Shown piece after piece: positions 16,919-26,501 of a DNA stretch of 46,394 nucleotides. Source of the stretch: Berkelbacteria bacterium GW2011_GWA2_35_9. Its GTDB lineage: Bacteria > Patescibacteriota > UBA1384 > GWA2-35-9. The stretch spans positions 1 to 46,394 of the forward strand of contig LBRB01000002.1 in assembly GCA_000991185.1 (NCBI GenBank), read 5' to 3'. A program made the position numbers and the translations under genes. The notes beneath the pieces were generated by a model. It was not told the DNA's origin. It searched no databases and saw only the letters and a program-made list of their open reading frames with translations. Positions within the stretch are counted from its first letter, which is position 1; every line of letters begins with the position of its first letter.

Positions 16919-18145
16919 ATGATCGATATAAAATTAGTCAGGGAAAATCCGGAAAAGATTAAAAAAGCAGTTAAAGACAAAGCTCGAGATGTTGATATTG
17001 ACAAAATAATTACTCTTGATAACGAACATCGATCTTTAATAATAAATATTGACAAACTTCGTCATCAACAAAAACAGTTTGGGAAAGATGAAATTGATAA
17101 TGCTAAAAAAAATAAATCTGAATTAAAAGAGTTAGAAGAAAAAAGCAAAATAATTGAGATTGAATTAGAAAATTTATTGGCTCAAGTTCCCAATCCAGCT
17201 GATGATTTTGTACCAGTTGGTGATGAATCAATAAACAAAATTATTGACACAGTTGGTGAAATTCCAAAGTTCGATTTTAAAATTAAGGATCATATTGAGC
17301 TGGGAGAAAAACTAAACATTATCGACATAAAAAGAGCCTCAAAGGTGGCTGGTTCTAGATTTATAGCCTTGAAAAATGATGGTGCAAAATTACAAATGGC
17401 AATTTTTCAATATATAATCGACAAAATCACTAGTAAAGGATTTGATTTTGTTCTACCCCCTCACATTATCAACCATCAATCGATGCAGGGTATGGGTTAT
17501 CTAGAACATGGTGGCGATCAAGAAACTTATCACTTAGAAAAAGACAATATGTATTTGATTGGTACTAGTGAACAAGTTTTAGGACCGATGCGATCAAATG
17601 AAGTATTTAATGAAAAAGACTTACCCTACCGGGTTTGTGCTTTTAGCCCATGCTACAGAAGAGAAGCTGGGAGTTATGGAAAAGACACTAAAGGTATGTT
17701 TAGGGTTCATCAATTCCATAAAGTTGAAATGTTTAGTTTTTGTAAGCCTGAAGATTCTAAAAAAGAACACGAATTTCTCTTATCTCTTGAAAAAGAGATC
17801 TATGCTGAGCTTGGAATTCCATTTCAAGTTGTTTTAATCGCTTCAGGTGATTTAGGTGATCCAGCTAGCGCCAAGTATGATTTGGAAGCATGGTTTGCTG
17901 GACAAAATAAATATCGTGAAATCACTAGCACCTCAAACACAACTGATTTTCAAGCTCGTCGTTTAAATATTCGCTATAAAACTAAAACAGGAAAAAATGA
18001 ATTAGTTCATATGCTTAACGGGACTGGCGCATCCGATCGACCTTTTATTGCTATATTAGAAAATAATCAAAATAGTGATGGCTCAATCACAATTCCAAAA
18101 GTACTCGTAAAATATTTTGGAAAAGATAAAATTGAAGTTAAGTAA
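16919..18145 (+). CDS. serS: Seryl-tRNA synthetase
   Basis: N-terminal coiled-coil arm (MIDIKLVRENPE) and class II motifs (FRVHQFHKVE, GSGLA-like GTGASDRP). Confidence 0.95.
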   Translation: MIDIKLVRENPEKIKKAVKDKARDVDIDKIITLDNEHRSLIINIDKLRHQQKQFGKDEIDNAKKNKSELKELEEKSKIIEIELENLLAQVPNPADDFVPVGDESINKIIDTVGEIPKFDFKIKDHIELGEKLNIIDIKRASKVAGSRFIALKNDGAKLQMAIFQYIIDKITSKGFDFVLPPHIINHQSMQGMGYLEHGGDQETYHLEKDNMYLIGTSEQVLGPMRSNEVFNEKDLPYRVCAFSPCYRREAGSYGKDTKGMFRVHQFHKVEMFSFCKPEDSKKEHEFLLSLEKEIYAELGIPFQVVLIASGDLGDPASAKYDLEAWFAGQNKYREITSTSNTTDFQARRLNIRYKTKTGKNELVHMLNGTGASDRPFIAILENNQNSDGSITIPKVLVKYFGKDKIEVK

Positions 18146-18151
18146 ATTTGG

Positions 18152-18180
18152 TTGATAATCTTATTTTATTCTGTTAAAAT
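18152..18180 (+). promoter_or_regulatory. Promoter TTGATA-17-TAAAAT for secA
   Basis: Consensus-like hexamers. The -10 ends 5 nt before TTG 18186 and 11 nt before ATG 18192. Confidence 0.55.
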
Positions 18181-18191
18181 TATGATTGTTT

Positions 18192-20888
18192 ATGTTTAAT
18201 AATCTATTTTCAAAATTATTTGGTAGCAATGAAACTGAAATAAAAAAATTTCAACAGATTGTTGATGAAATTAACTCATACGAGGAAAAATTAAAAAAAT
18301 TATCTCTATCCGAGTTAAAAGAAAAAACAGTTGAGTTCAGGAACCAACTTTCAAAAGGCAAGTCTTTAGAGGATATTTTACCCGAAGCATTCGCTACGGT
18401 TAGAGAAGCTTCTCGAAGATCAATTGGGCAAAGACATTACGATGTACAGCTAATCGCTGGCATTGTTTTACATCGTGGCAATATTGCTGAAATGAGAACT
18501 GGAGAAGGAAAAACTTTGGCTGCTACTTTACCATTATATCTTAATTCGCTCTACAAAAGTTCCCACTTAATCACTGTAAACGATTTTTTAGCCAAATTTC
18601 AAGCTCAATGGATGGGAAAAATTTTTAATACACTCGGTGTCTCAACCTCCGCTTTAGCCCATGAAACTTCCTTTCTCTATACACCAAAAAAACAAGATGT
18701 CAATGATAAAACTTGGGAATATTTAATAAACTGCGATCGAAAAAAAGCCTATCAAGCCGATATTGTCTATGGAACAAATAATGAATTCGGTTTTGATTAT
18801 CTTCGAGATAATATGGTAGTTGATAGCCAACACGCTGTTCAAAATGAATTATATTTTGCAATTGTTGATGAGGTAGATTCGATATTGATCGATGAAGCCA
18901 GAACTCCATTAATTATTTCCGCTCCCGCCAGTCGCTCCGCATCACTTTATATGGATTTTGCTAATTTAGCTAAAAGGCTTGACTCAATAGATTATATCAT
19001 CGACGAAAAAGCCAGAAGTGTTGCCATCCAAGATAGCGGAATTGAAAAATTAGAAAAATGGTTAAGTGTTGATAATCTTTATGCACCAGAAAATACTCAA
19101 TTAGTTTATCATCTAGAAGAATCGTTAAAAGCGCAATATATTTTTAAAAAAGATAAAGATTATGTAGTTCGCAATGGCGAAATTATTATTGTTGATGAAT
19201 TTACTGGACGATTAATGCACGGGCGTCGCTATAGTGAAGGACTTCATCAAGCAATTGAAGCAAAAGAAAATGTCGAAGTTAAAAAAGAATCTGAAACTTT
19301 GGCAACAATTTCATTTCAAAACCTTTTTCGTCTTTATGAAAAATTATCTGGAATGACCGGAACTGCTGCTACTGAAGCAGAGGAATTTTATAAAATTTAC
19401 AAAATTGATGTTGTTGAAATTCCGACTCATCGACCAATGGTGCGCAGAGATCATAATGATAAAATCTTTAAAAATGAAGAAGCTAAATTGAATGCTATTG
19501 TCGAAGAAATATATCAAAGAAATAAAAAAGGGCAGCCGGTATTAATCGGCACTATTTCAATCGCAAAAAATGAAACTTTAGCTTCACGATTAAAAAAACG
19601 TGGGGTTAAACACAATCTGCTTAATGCCAAAAATCACGAAAATGAAGCCAAAACCATTGCTCAAGCTGGACGCTTAAATGCCGTTACGCTTGCAACTAAT
19701 ATAGCTGGTCGAGGAATTGACATAATTTTAGGTGGCACGCCACCTAAAAAAATTCAAAATTATCAGCCAAAGGCTGATCCGCCTCTGGCGGAAAAGTCCA
19801 AAGTTCAAAATAAAGAGAAAAAAGACGAAGAGTTGGGACTAAAAACTCTTGCAATTCTTGACCGAACAATTGATGAATGGGAAAAGGAACATAAACAGGT
19901 TGTCGAACTGGGTGGGTTATTCGTTTTGGGAACTGAAAGGCATGAATCACGAAGAATTGATAATCAGTTGAGAGGAAGATCTGGTCGTCAAGGCGATCCT
20001 GGAGAATCTGTCTTTTTTGTCTCGATGGAAGACGATTTAATGCGTATTTTTGGCGGAGATAGAATGAAATCAATGATGGATAGGCTAGGACTTCCCGACG
20101 ATCAACCAATTGAAAATAAGTTAATATCTCGGTCAATTGAACAAGCTCAAAAGAAAGTTGAATCACATAACTTTGATATCAGAAAACATATGTTGGAATA
20201 TGATGATGTTCTAAATCAACATCGACAAGCGATCTATAAAAAAAGAAAATTAATTCTTGAAGGTTGTGGGATGATTGATTCAAAAAGGGTCAGGGTGGTT
20301 GGGGAATTAAAGTCAATTTTAAATGACGATGAAATAAAAATCGTTAATGAAAAACTAAAAGAATATGGTCAAGAAGTTTATAATGAAGTTGTTAGACGAA
20401 TATATTTATCTGTTATCGATCGTCACTGGATTGAACATTTAAACTCTATGACTGAATTAAGAAATGGAATTGGTCTGCGTGGTTATGGTCAGAAAGACCC
20501 ACTCATTGAATACAAACAATCCGCCTATCATTTTTATCAAAACTTAATCAGATCAATAGAGAATCAAGTTGCGGAAATGGCACTTAAGGTTGAAATTAAT
20601 CCAATTCAATTGCAAAACATAAAAGGACCAATAGTTAATAATAAAAAACATAATATTATTGAATCAGGCGGAGAAGAAGAAGCTAGTGGTGGTACGATTG
20701 AAGAAATTAACGAGGAAATAAAACAACTTGAAACAAAGAATAATTTATCTGACACTATTATCACAGTTAGAAAGAAAAGTGATAATCACTCATTTAATAC
20801 ACCATTAACCGCTATTCCAAAGGTAGGTCGTAATGAATTATGCCCATGTGGAAGTGGAAAAAAATATAAAAAATGTCACGGTAAATAA
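18192..20888 (+). CDS. secA: Preprotein translocase ATPase SecA
   Basis: [12 protein letters not shown] start, [27 protein letters not shown], and the C-terminal zinc motif [14 protein letters not shown]. The ORF track's alternative start is TTG 18186. Confidence 0.95.
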   Translation: MFNNLFSKLFGSNETEIKKFQQIVDEINSYEEKLKKLSLSELKEKTVEFRNQLSKGKSLEDILPEAFATVREASRRSIGQRHYDVQLIAGIVLHRGNIAEMRTGEGKTLAATLPLYLNSLYKSSHLITVNDFLAKFQAQWMGKIFNTLGVSTSALAHETSFLYTPKKQDVNDKTWEYLINCDRKKAYQADIVYGTNNEFGFDYLRDNMVVDSQHAVQNELYFAIVDEVDSILIDEARTPLIISAPASRSASLYMDFANLAKRLDSIDYIIDEKARSVAIQDSGIEKLEKWLSVDNLYAPENTQLVYHLEESLKAQYIFKKDKDYVVRNGEIIIVDEFTGRLMHGRRYSEGLHQAIEAKENVEVKKESETLATISFQNLFRLYEKLSGMTGTAATEAEEFYKIYKIDVVEIPTHRPMVRRDHNDKIFKNEEAKLNAIVEEIYQRNKKGQPVLIGTISIAKNETLASRLKKRGVKHNLLNAKNHENEAKTIAQAGRLNAVTLATNIAGRGIDIILGGTPPKKIQNYQPKADPPLAEKSKVQNKEKKDEELGLKTLAILDRTIDEWEKEHKQVVELGGLFVLGTERHESRRIDNQLRGRSGRQGDPGESVFFVSMEDDLMRIFGGDRMKSMMDRLGLPDDQPIENKLISRSIEQAQKKVESHNFDIRKHMLEYDDVLNQHRQAIYKKRKLILEGCGMIDSKRVRVVGELKSILNDDEIKIVNEKLKEYGQEVYNEVVRRIYLSVIDRHWIEHLNSMTELRNGIGLRGYGQKDPLIEYKQSAYHFYQNLIRSIENQVAEMALKVEINPIQLQNIKGPIVNNKKHNIIESGGEEEASGGTIEEINEEIKQLETKNNLSDTIITVRKKSDNHSFNTPLTAIPKVGRNELCPCGSGKKYKKCHGK

Positions 20889-20949
20889 AAATAATTGGTA
20901 TTATGCTATATAGTAGAGTAGTGTTTTAATAAGATTAAATTAAATCGTT

Positions 20950-21231
20950 ATGGCAAAAATAAATAAAAAAATAAAAAATCAATTGTTGCAATCAATCAAA
21001 AATAATAAATTGATAGATGATAATTCAAATCTTAAAATATCCGATCAGGATTCATCTGATATTACTGGGAAAGATGATAGTTTTTTTCCAATCAATCAAA
21101 AGGATTTGCTAAAAGTTTTTATCAATACGATTTTAATCCTTGCAATTCTAGCTGGTTTTTATTATCTCCAAAATAGAACTAACTATTCAACTGAATACAC
21201 AGAAAAAATCCGAACCTATTTGCACTTTTAA
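20950..21231 (+). CDS. Hypothetical small single-TM protein
   Basis: 93-aa ORF with one predicted TM segment (INTILILAILAGFYYL) and no recognisable motif. Confidence 0.4.
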   Translation: MAKINKKIKNQLLQSIKNNKLIDDNSNLKISDQDSSDITGKDDSFFPINQKDLLKVFINTILILAILAGFYYLQNRTNYSTEYTEKIRTYLHF

Positions 21232-21243
21232 ATCCTTAACCAT

Positions 21244-21270
21244 GCTCCGCAACCTTCAAGGTTGCGGAGC
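21244..21270. terminator. GC-rich hairpin between convergent genes
   Basis: gctccgcaacc-ttcaa-ggttgcggagc, an 11-bp stem much more GC-rich than its surroundings. Confidence 0.65.
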
Positions 21271-21283
21271 GGTCAGGTTGGGT

Positions 21284-22804
21284 TTAAAGGTTTTCTTCCA
21301 TTTTGGGACGATATTGTAACGCTTCAGTCAAATGTTGACTATTGATTTGTTGACTATTTTCGAGGTCAGCAATAGTTCTTGCTATTTTTAAAATCTTGAA
21401 ATATCCACGAGCAGAAAGTCCTAATTGATCGATAGCATTTTTTAATATATTTTTTGACTGACCGTCCAGTAAACAATATTTTTTAATTGCTTGTGATGAT
21501 AAATCACTATTGATTTTGTCTTGTCTGTTTAGTTGTATTAATCTCGATTTTTCTACTCTATTTCTTATTGATTCTGAACTTTCAGCAACCGCTTCTTTAG
21601 TTAATTTTTCAAATGACAATCTTGGAACTTCAATGTGTATGTCAATTCTGTCCAGCAATGGACCGGATAATTTTTTACGATAGCGAATAATTTGAAACGG
21701 AGAACAGATACAATTTTTTTTACTATCATTTAAATATCCACATGGACAAGGGTTACATGCACCGATAAAAATAAAATTAGCCGGAAACACCAATGTTCCC
21801 TGCGCTCGAGAAACCGTAATTTTTTTATCTTCTAATGGTTGCCTTAATGCTTCTAAAACATCTCGACGATATTCCGGTAATTCATCAAAAAATAATACCC
21901 CTCGATGAGCTAAGGTTATCTCTCCCGGTTTTGGGTGAGTACCACCACCAACTATCGCAACTGACGAAGTTGTGTGGTGTGGATTGCGAACTGGTCGATT
22001 ATAAATAAGCGGTTTTGCTTTTGAAAGCAACCCTGAAACAGAATAAATTCGACTGACCTCTAAAATTTCTTTATCGGTAAGTTTGGGTAAAATAGTTGCA
22101 AACGCTTTAGCTAACATACTTTTCCCCGAACCGGGCGGTCCGGACATTAGTATATTATGCCCACCGGAAGCTGCGATCTCAAGGGCTCTTTTAACCTGCT
22201 CTTGACCCGAAACATAAGCGAAATCGCTTTCACTAATTACACTTTTTTCAACTGTTTTTTTATCATAAGTATATTTTTCAATTGATTTTACACCATTTAT
22301 GTGATCAACTAGATCTCTTAAATTACTGACCGGATAAATATTTAGGTTTTTTATTAAACTTGCCTCAGAAGCATTGTCGATCGGAATAAATATATTTTCA
22401 ATTTTATTTCTTCTCGCTTCAAGCATAATTGACAAAATTCCTCTTACTGGACGAGCTCGTCCGTCTAATGACAACTCACCTAAAAATAATGAATTTTCAA
22501 AATCAAAATTTTTTTCAAGCTGACGATCAGCCTTTAAAATACCAATTGCAATTGCAAGATCGAACGCTGGTCCTTCTTTTTTAACATCTGCCGGAGCAAG
22601 ATTAATTACAATTTTATTTCTAGGAAATTTTTGTTTTGAATTGACAATAGCGCTTTTCACTCTTTCTCGTGATTCCTCCACCGCTTTATCTCCCAAACCA
22701 ACGATTACTAATCCAGGTAAACCTTTTTTGACGTCTACTTCCGATTCAACCAAAATTGCATTCAATCCGACTACGGTTGCAGAATTTATTTTTGAAAAAG
22801 CCAT
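21284..22804 (-). CDS. comM: YifB/ComM family Mg-chelatase-like AAA+ ATPase
   Basis: N-terminal Lon-protease-like domain, Walker A GPPGSGKS, and a Cys cluster CNPCPCGY typical of ComM. Confidence 0.9.
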   Translation of the reverse strand: MAFSKINSATVVGLNAILVESEVDVKKGLPGLVIVGLGDKAVEESRERVKSAIVNSKQKFPRNKIVINLAPADVKKEGPAFDLAIAIGILKADRQLEKNFDFENSLFLGELSLDGRARPVRGILSIMLEARRNKIENIFIPIDNASEASLIKNLNIYPVSNLRDLVDHINGVKSIEKYTYDKKTVEKSVISESDFAYVSGQEQVKRALEIAASGGHNILMSGPPGSGKSMLAKAFATILPKLTDKEILEVSRIYSVSGLLSKAKPLIYNRPVRNPHHTTSSVAIVGGGTHPKPGEITLAHRGVLFFDELPEYRRDVLEALRQPLEDKKITVSRAQGTLVFPANFIFIGACNPCPCGYLNDSKKNCICSPFQIIRYRKKLSGPLLDRIDIHIEVPRLSFEKLTKEAVAESSESIRNRVEKSRLIQLNRQDKINSDLSSQAIKKYCLLDGQSKNILKNAIDQLGLSARGYFKILKIARTIADLENSQQINSQHLTEALQYRPKMEENL

Positions 22805-22811
22805 AGGTCTA

Positions 22812-23273
22812 TTATAGTTTGATAATTGGGAAAATCAATAAAACATTTAATAATTCTAAAATAATTACTGTTAATGGCACTCCAATAGCCCAAGGCGTTT
22901 TTATTGCATGTGCAACACTTCGTTTTTTTATTACCATTTGATAATAGATCGAAATTGGAAGACTAAATAATAGCATAAAAACAAGCCACCAAACTATTAA
23001 GGCTGACAATTTAATGCTTTTCTCGACTGTTTGCGTATCGGCAAAACTGGATAAACCTCCCATCTGAACGCTTAATAAAAATATTGAAGATAGGACAACA
23101 ACAAAGACAAAAGATGTATATTTGTGCAAACTTCCAATTTTATATTGAGTTTTTTGATTTTTTTCAGGTTGTGGTCGAGACCAAGATGAATGACATATAA
23201 AACATTGATAATTTTGTTGACTAGTATCAACTGGATGCATAATTTCGCCATCTTTAGGGCAAATCACTTTCAT
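22812..23273 (-). CDS. Hypothetical membrane protein with N-terminal zinc ribbon
   Basis: CPKDG...CFICH motif followed by three hydrophobic segments. Confidence 0.45.
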   Translation of the reverse strand: MKVICPKDGEIMHPVDTSQQNYQCFICHSSWSRPQPEKNQKTQYKIGSLHKYTSFVFVVVLSSIFLLSVQMGGLSSFADTQTVEKSIKLSALIVWWLVFMLLFSLPISIYYQMVIKKRSVAHAIKTPWAIGVPLTVIILELLNVLLIFPIIKL

Positions 23274-23281
23274 ATAGTCTA

Positions 23282-24163
23282 TTATAGCACAAAGTCTTGC
23301 ACATAGGTTAAAGCTTCTTCCTTATTTTGAACCCAAACTATGTCTTTATTTGACCTTAACCAAGTCAATTGTCGACGAGCAAATGAATGTATTTTAAACT
23401 TTAAAATTTGGATCATTTCATCTTTAGAATATTTCGCTTCTAAATATTCAGTAATAATTTGATATTCGAGTCCAAGATTTTTTAGCCAATTTTTTGAAAC
23501 CCCTTGATCGATTAAGTCCCTGACTTCCTTAATCATACCTTCATCAATTCTCCCCTCAACTCTTTTATCGATACTAGAAAAAAGTTTTTCTCTATCAATT
23601 TCAATTCCTAAAATTAATGTTGGATAACGATAATCTCTTGACATAACCTGTTCTTTTTTCAGAGTTTTTTTACCCGACAAAATATTAATTTCTAAAGCTC
23701 TAATTAGTCTTCGCTTATTATGAATATCAATATTATTTGCTCTATCTTCATCGCACGATTTAAGTAAATTATATAGTTTCACAATACTCATTTTATTTAA
23801 TTTTTCATGCAATTTTTTATCTGTTTTTAGGGCAGGAAATTCTCTTTTATAAATTATTGCATCCATATAGTAATTACTTCCACCAACCAAAAGTGGGATT
23901 TTATGGTTTTGTATTATTTTTTCAATTGTTTTTAAAACTATAGATTGAAACTCAACGACAGAAATACTTTCGCCTGGGTTTTTAATATCTAATAAATGTT
24001 GAAGAAATGTTTTATCCTTACCCGTACCGATGTCTAGTTTTTTAAAAACCTGACGACTATCAATTGAAATCGCTTCAGTGTTTGGCAACGCATTTATTAT
24101 ATATTTCGCAACGCTAGATTTTCCGCTCGCTGTCGTACCAACAATAGCAATTAATTTTTTCAT
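23282..24163 (-). CDS. miaA: tRNA dimethylallyltransferase MiaA
   Basis: P-loop IVGTTASGKS, then IDSRQVFKKLDIGTGK and GGSNYY motifs. Confidence 0.92.
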   Translation of the reverse strand: MKKLIAIVGTTASGKSSVAKYIINALPNTEAISIDSRQVFKKLDIGTGKDKTFLQHLLDIKNPGESISVVEFQSIVLKTIEKIIQNHKIPLLVGGSNYYMDAIIYKREFPALKTDKKLHEKLNKMSIVKLYNLLKSCDEDRANNIDIHNKRRLIRALEINILSGKKTLKKEQVMSRDYRYPTLILGIEIDREKLFSSIDKRVEGRIDEGMIKEVRDLIDQGVSKNWLKNLGLEYQIITEYLEAKYSKDEMIQILKFKIHSFARRQLTWLRSNKDIVWVQNKEEALTYVQDFVL

Positions 24164-24297
24164 TGCTTTTTTTTACTGGCAATGATTTTTGCAATTCCTT
24201 TTACTGACCGACCGGAAACACGATGAATTTTTTGAGCACTTTTTATTCGTAATTTTTCTTCTAATTTTTCGAAATGCTTTCGATCAATTTTCGTCAT
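24160..24297 (-). CDS. Possible 45-aa basic small protein (not in the ORF track)
   Basis: Manual translation gives MTKIDRKHFEKLEEKLRIKSAQKIHRVSGRSVKGIAKIIASKKKQ. It has ATGA overlaps with the upstream DUF192 stop and the downstream miaA start. Confidence 0.3.
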   Translation of the reverse strand: MTKIDRKHFEKLEEKLRIKSAQKIHRVSGRSVKGIAKIIASKKKQ

Positions 24298-24746
24298 TTT
24301 ATTATTGCTATTTTGTCACCAACTTTTATTTTATTTATTTCAATTTGATTATTATTTAGCTCAATAACTTGAGATACTTTTTGTGGACTAGAAACTGAAA
24401 CTATCTCATTGCTCGATTGCTGAGGAAGATGATCTATCCCAACGACAGTACTGCCATCAACCCATAAAATTGCTAAATCAATCAAAGTGTTTTTATTCCA
24501 AAAACTAATATTATTCGATTCGTCAAATTTGAAAATCATTCCTTGATCATCTTTTAATTTCTTAACATTCTGTAATCCTTGAGATCTTTCTTCGTCGCTA
24601 TCCGCAACCCACATAGTATATGATTGTTGGTTAATAATAATATTTGTTTTTTCCAAATCAATTTCATTTTTAAATAAAAAATAATAACCGATTTGAACAA
24701 TCAGCACAAACGCAATCAACCAAACAACTATTTTTTTTAAATCCAT
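24294..24746 (-). CDS. DUF192 family protein with N-terminal TM anchor
   Basis: The start is moved to MDLKKIVVWLIAF (ATG 24746) because the longer ORF overlaps tRNA-Leu. It carries the DUF192-like GLQNVKKLKDDQGMIFKF...FWNKNTLIDLAILWVD. Confidence 0.7.
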   Translation of the reverse strand: MDLKKIVVWLIAFVLIVQIGYYFLFKNEIDLEKTNIIINQQSYTMWVADSDEERSQGLQNVKKLKDDQGMIFKFDESNNISFWNKNTLIDLAILWVDGSTVVGIDHLPQQSSNEIVSVSSPQKVSQVIELNNNQIEINKIKVGDKIAIIK

Positions 24747-24750
24747 AAAT

Positions 24751-24838
24751 TGGTACCCGGGGCGAGATTCGAACTCGCACGAGGTTTTAACCTCACAAGA
24801 TTTTAAGTCTTGAGTGTCTACCATTCCACCACCCGGGC
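24751..24838 (-). tRNA. tRNA-Leu(UAA), long variable arm, CCA encoded
   Basis: Acceptor gcccggg/cccgggt (G1-U72 wobble), anticodon loop cttaaaa, T arm gcgag-ttcgaat-ctcgc. Confidence 0.88.
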
Positions 24839-24850
24839 GACGATACTCTT

Positions 24851-24879
24851 ATTTTACAAAATAATTAACATTTTATCAA
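24851..24879 (-). promoter_or_regulatory. Promoter TTGATA-17-TAAAAT, 12 nt upstream of tRNA-Leu(UAA)
   Basis: Hexamers read on the minus strand. It interleaves with the divergent sortase promoter. Confidence 0.6.
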
Positions 24880-24893
24880 TAATCTGATAAAAT
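24865..24893 (+). promoter_or_regulatory. Promoter TTAACA-17-TAAAAT, with the -10 ending 7 nt before the sortase ATG
   Basis: No SD is present and the geometry implies a leaderless mRNA. Confidence 0.5.
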
Positions 24894-24900
24894 CTAACTT

Positions 24901-25734
24901 ATGAACCAACCTGTTTTAAATGAAAACGATTTAAAAAAACTATTCAAAACTCCTAAAAAGAAAAGTCAGTATTTTGAAATCTATAAATTCTTAATAGCTT
25001 TAGCAAAGTTTTTTCTCCTTTTTATATTCTTTTTTTTCATCGTCAATTCCCCAGCTTACATAAAACAAATAGATTATTTCTTAAAAACCAATCTATTAAA
25101 AAATGGTTACAAAAACAGACTCGTCAACTTAACTGATTTAGCAAAAAATACTCCAAGCGATAAACAGATCGAAGTAATAAAAAAAGCCCAAGAATTAGAA
25201 AAAGCTAAAAAAGAGTTTGAGCTTAAATTAGTTAGTTTGATTGGCGAAAACCAATTGATCGCCCCAAAAATTGCACTCAAAGCTCCAATAATTTGGCAAA
25301 GTGACACCACAAATATTTTAAAAGATCTTAAAAGTGGAGTCGCTCATTATAAAGGCTCTGGTCTACCTGGTCAAAATAACAGTAATATTTTTATTACAGG
25401 TCATTCATCCAACTTTATCTGGGATGACGGTAAATTCAAACAAGTTTTTGCTTTAATTGATCGATTAGAAAACAATGATAGAATTTATCTTGTCTATGAA
25501 AGTAAACCTTATATTTTTGATGTTGAAGCTAAAAAAGTTGTCTCTCCAAAAGAAGTTGAGGTTTTAAATCCACAAGATCATTCATTAATTTCTCTAATGA
25601 CTTGTTATCCAGTTGGAACAACGCTCAATCGTATGATTGTTCAAGCTCGACAAATTTACCCAACTGAAAACCCAACGATTAATTTTGAAATTCCCAACGA
25701 TCTATTATCTAATCAGTTACCAGCTATTCGATAA
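24901..25734 (+). CDS. Sortase-family transpeptidase with N-terminal TM anchor
   Basis: Catalytic His in FITGHSS, Cys in LISLMTCYP and Arg in NRMIVQAR. Confidence 0.8.
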   Translation: MNQPVLNENDLKKLFKTPKKKSQYFEIYKFLIALAKFFLLFIFFFFIVNSPAYIKQIDYFLKTNLLKNGYKNRLVNLTDLAKNTPSDKQIEVIKKAQELEKAKKEFELKLVSLIGENQLIAPKIALKAPIIWQSDTTNILKDLKSGVAHYKGSGLPGQNNSNIFITGHSSNFIWDDGKFKQVFALIDRLENNDRIYLVYESKPYIFDVEAKKVVSPKEVEVLNPQDHSLISLMTCYPVGTTLNRMIVQARQIYPTENPTINFEIPNDLLSNQLPAIR

Positions 25735-25738
25735 ATTA

Positions 25739-26431
25739 CTACCTGATTTTTAGAACTATTATTTCTTCCCCACTCTTAACTGCTATTTCTGACTCGTTTA
25801 GAACGATGAAATTGAACTCATTTTTACTTGAATAAATTTCTTTTTGGTCAGATTCATCTTTAGAAAAAACCACAATTTTATCGTCAATGTGAGCAATCAA
25901 GTATTTATTTTTTATCAACCAGTCAACTCGATTAATATTTTTCGTAAAACGAGTTAAGATTATATTCTCATCATTTGATATTAAATATAACTCATTTTTT
26001 TCAATTAATAAATTTTTTGGTTGTTCATATTTGTCAAATTTTTCTTTTTCAATAACTTTTTTTTCAACAATAGGGTTTTTGTAAAATAAATATATATCTT
26101 CTAGATTGATTGCTTGTCCTGCATCGAGCTTAAAACCTTCTTCCCAATCTTGATAATCTGTATAAGAAATTTTAATATCATACCAATTGGGTGGCAATTT
26201 TGTTAATCGAGATGGGGTTAATTTTTTATATAATTTTCCAGAAAGATATATTTTAGCATCTTTGGGATTTGTTGATATTGATATCAAGCCTGTCTTTTCA
26301 AAAGTTAATTCACGCCAATTTACAATATAGCCACTGGCATCGACAACAATCAAAAAACTAGCGCCAATAAAAATTACCGCAATTATGAACCAAAAAACAC
26401 TTAAAACTAAATGCAGTTTTTTACCTATCAT
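25739..26431 (-). CDS. PEGA-domain membrane-anchored protein
   Basis: N-terminal TM segment and a PEGA-like segment PKDAKIYLSGK...TPSRLTKLPPNWYDIKISYTDYQDWE. Confidence 0.6.
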   Translation of the reverse strand: MIGKKLHLVLSVFWFIIAVIFIGASFLIVVDASGYIVNWRELTFEKTGLISISTNPKDAKIYLSGKLYKKLTPSRLTKLPPNWYDIKISYTDYQDWEEGFKLDAGQAINLEDIYLFYKNPIVEKKVIEKEKFDKYEQPKNLLIEKNELYLISNDENIILTRFTKNINRVDWLIKNKYLIAHIDDKIVVFSKDESDQKEIYSSKNEFNFIVLNESEIAVKSGEEIIVLKIR

Positions 26432-26501
26432 AATTAGTCTCTATGTTATATGATAATATAAAATCATAAAATAATGAAGTCTATATAAACAAGGAGTCAA
26501 T

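Noticed and set aside
24747-24824. N-terminal extension of the DUF192 ORF (MVDTQDLKSCEVKTSCEFESRPGYQF)
   Set aside because: This is simply the translation of tRNA-Leu(UAA) on the same strand. The real start is the ATG at 24746, which is followed by a TM segment.
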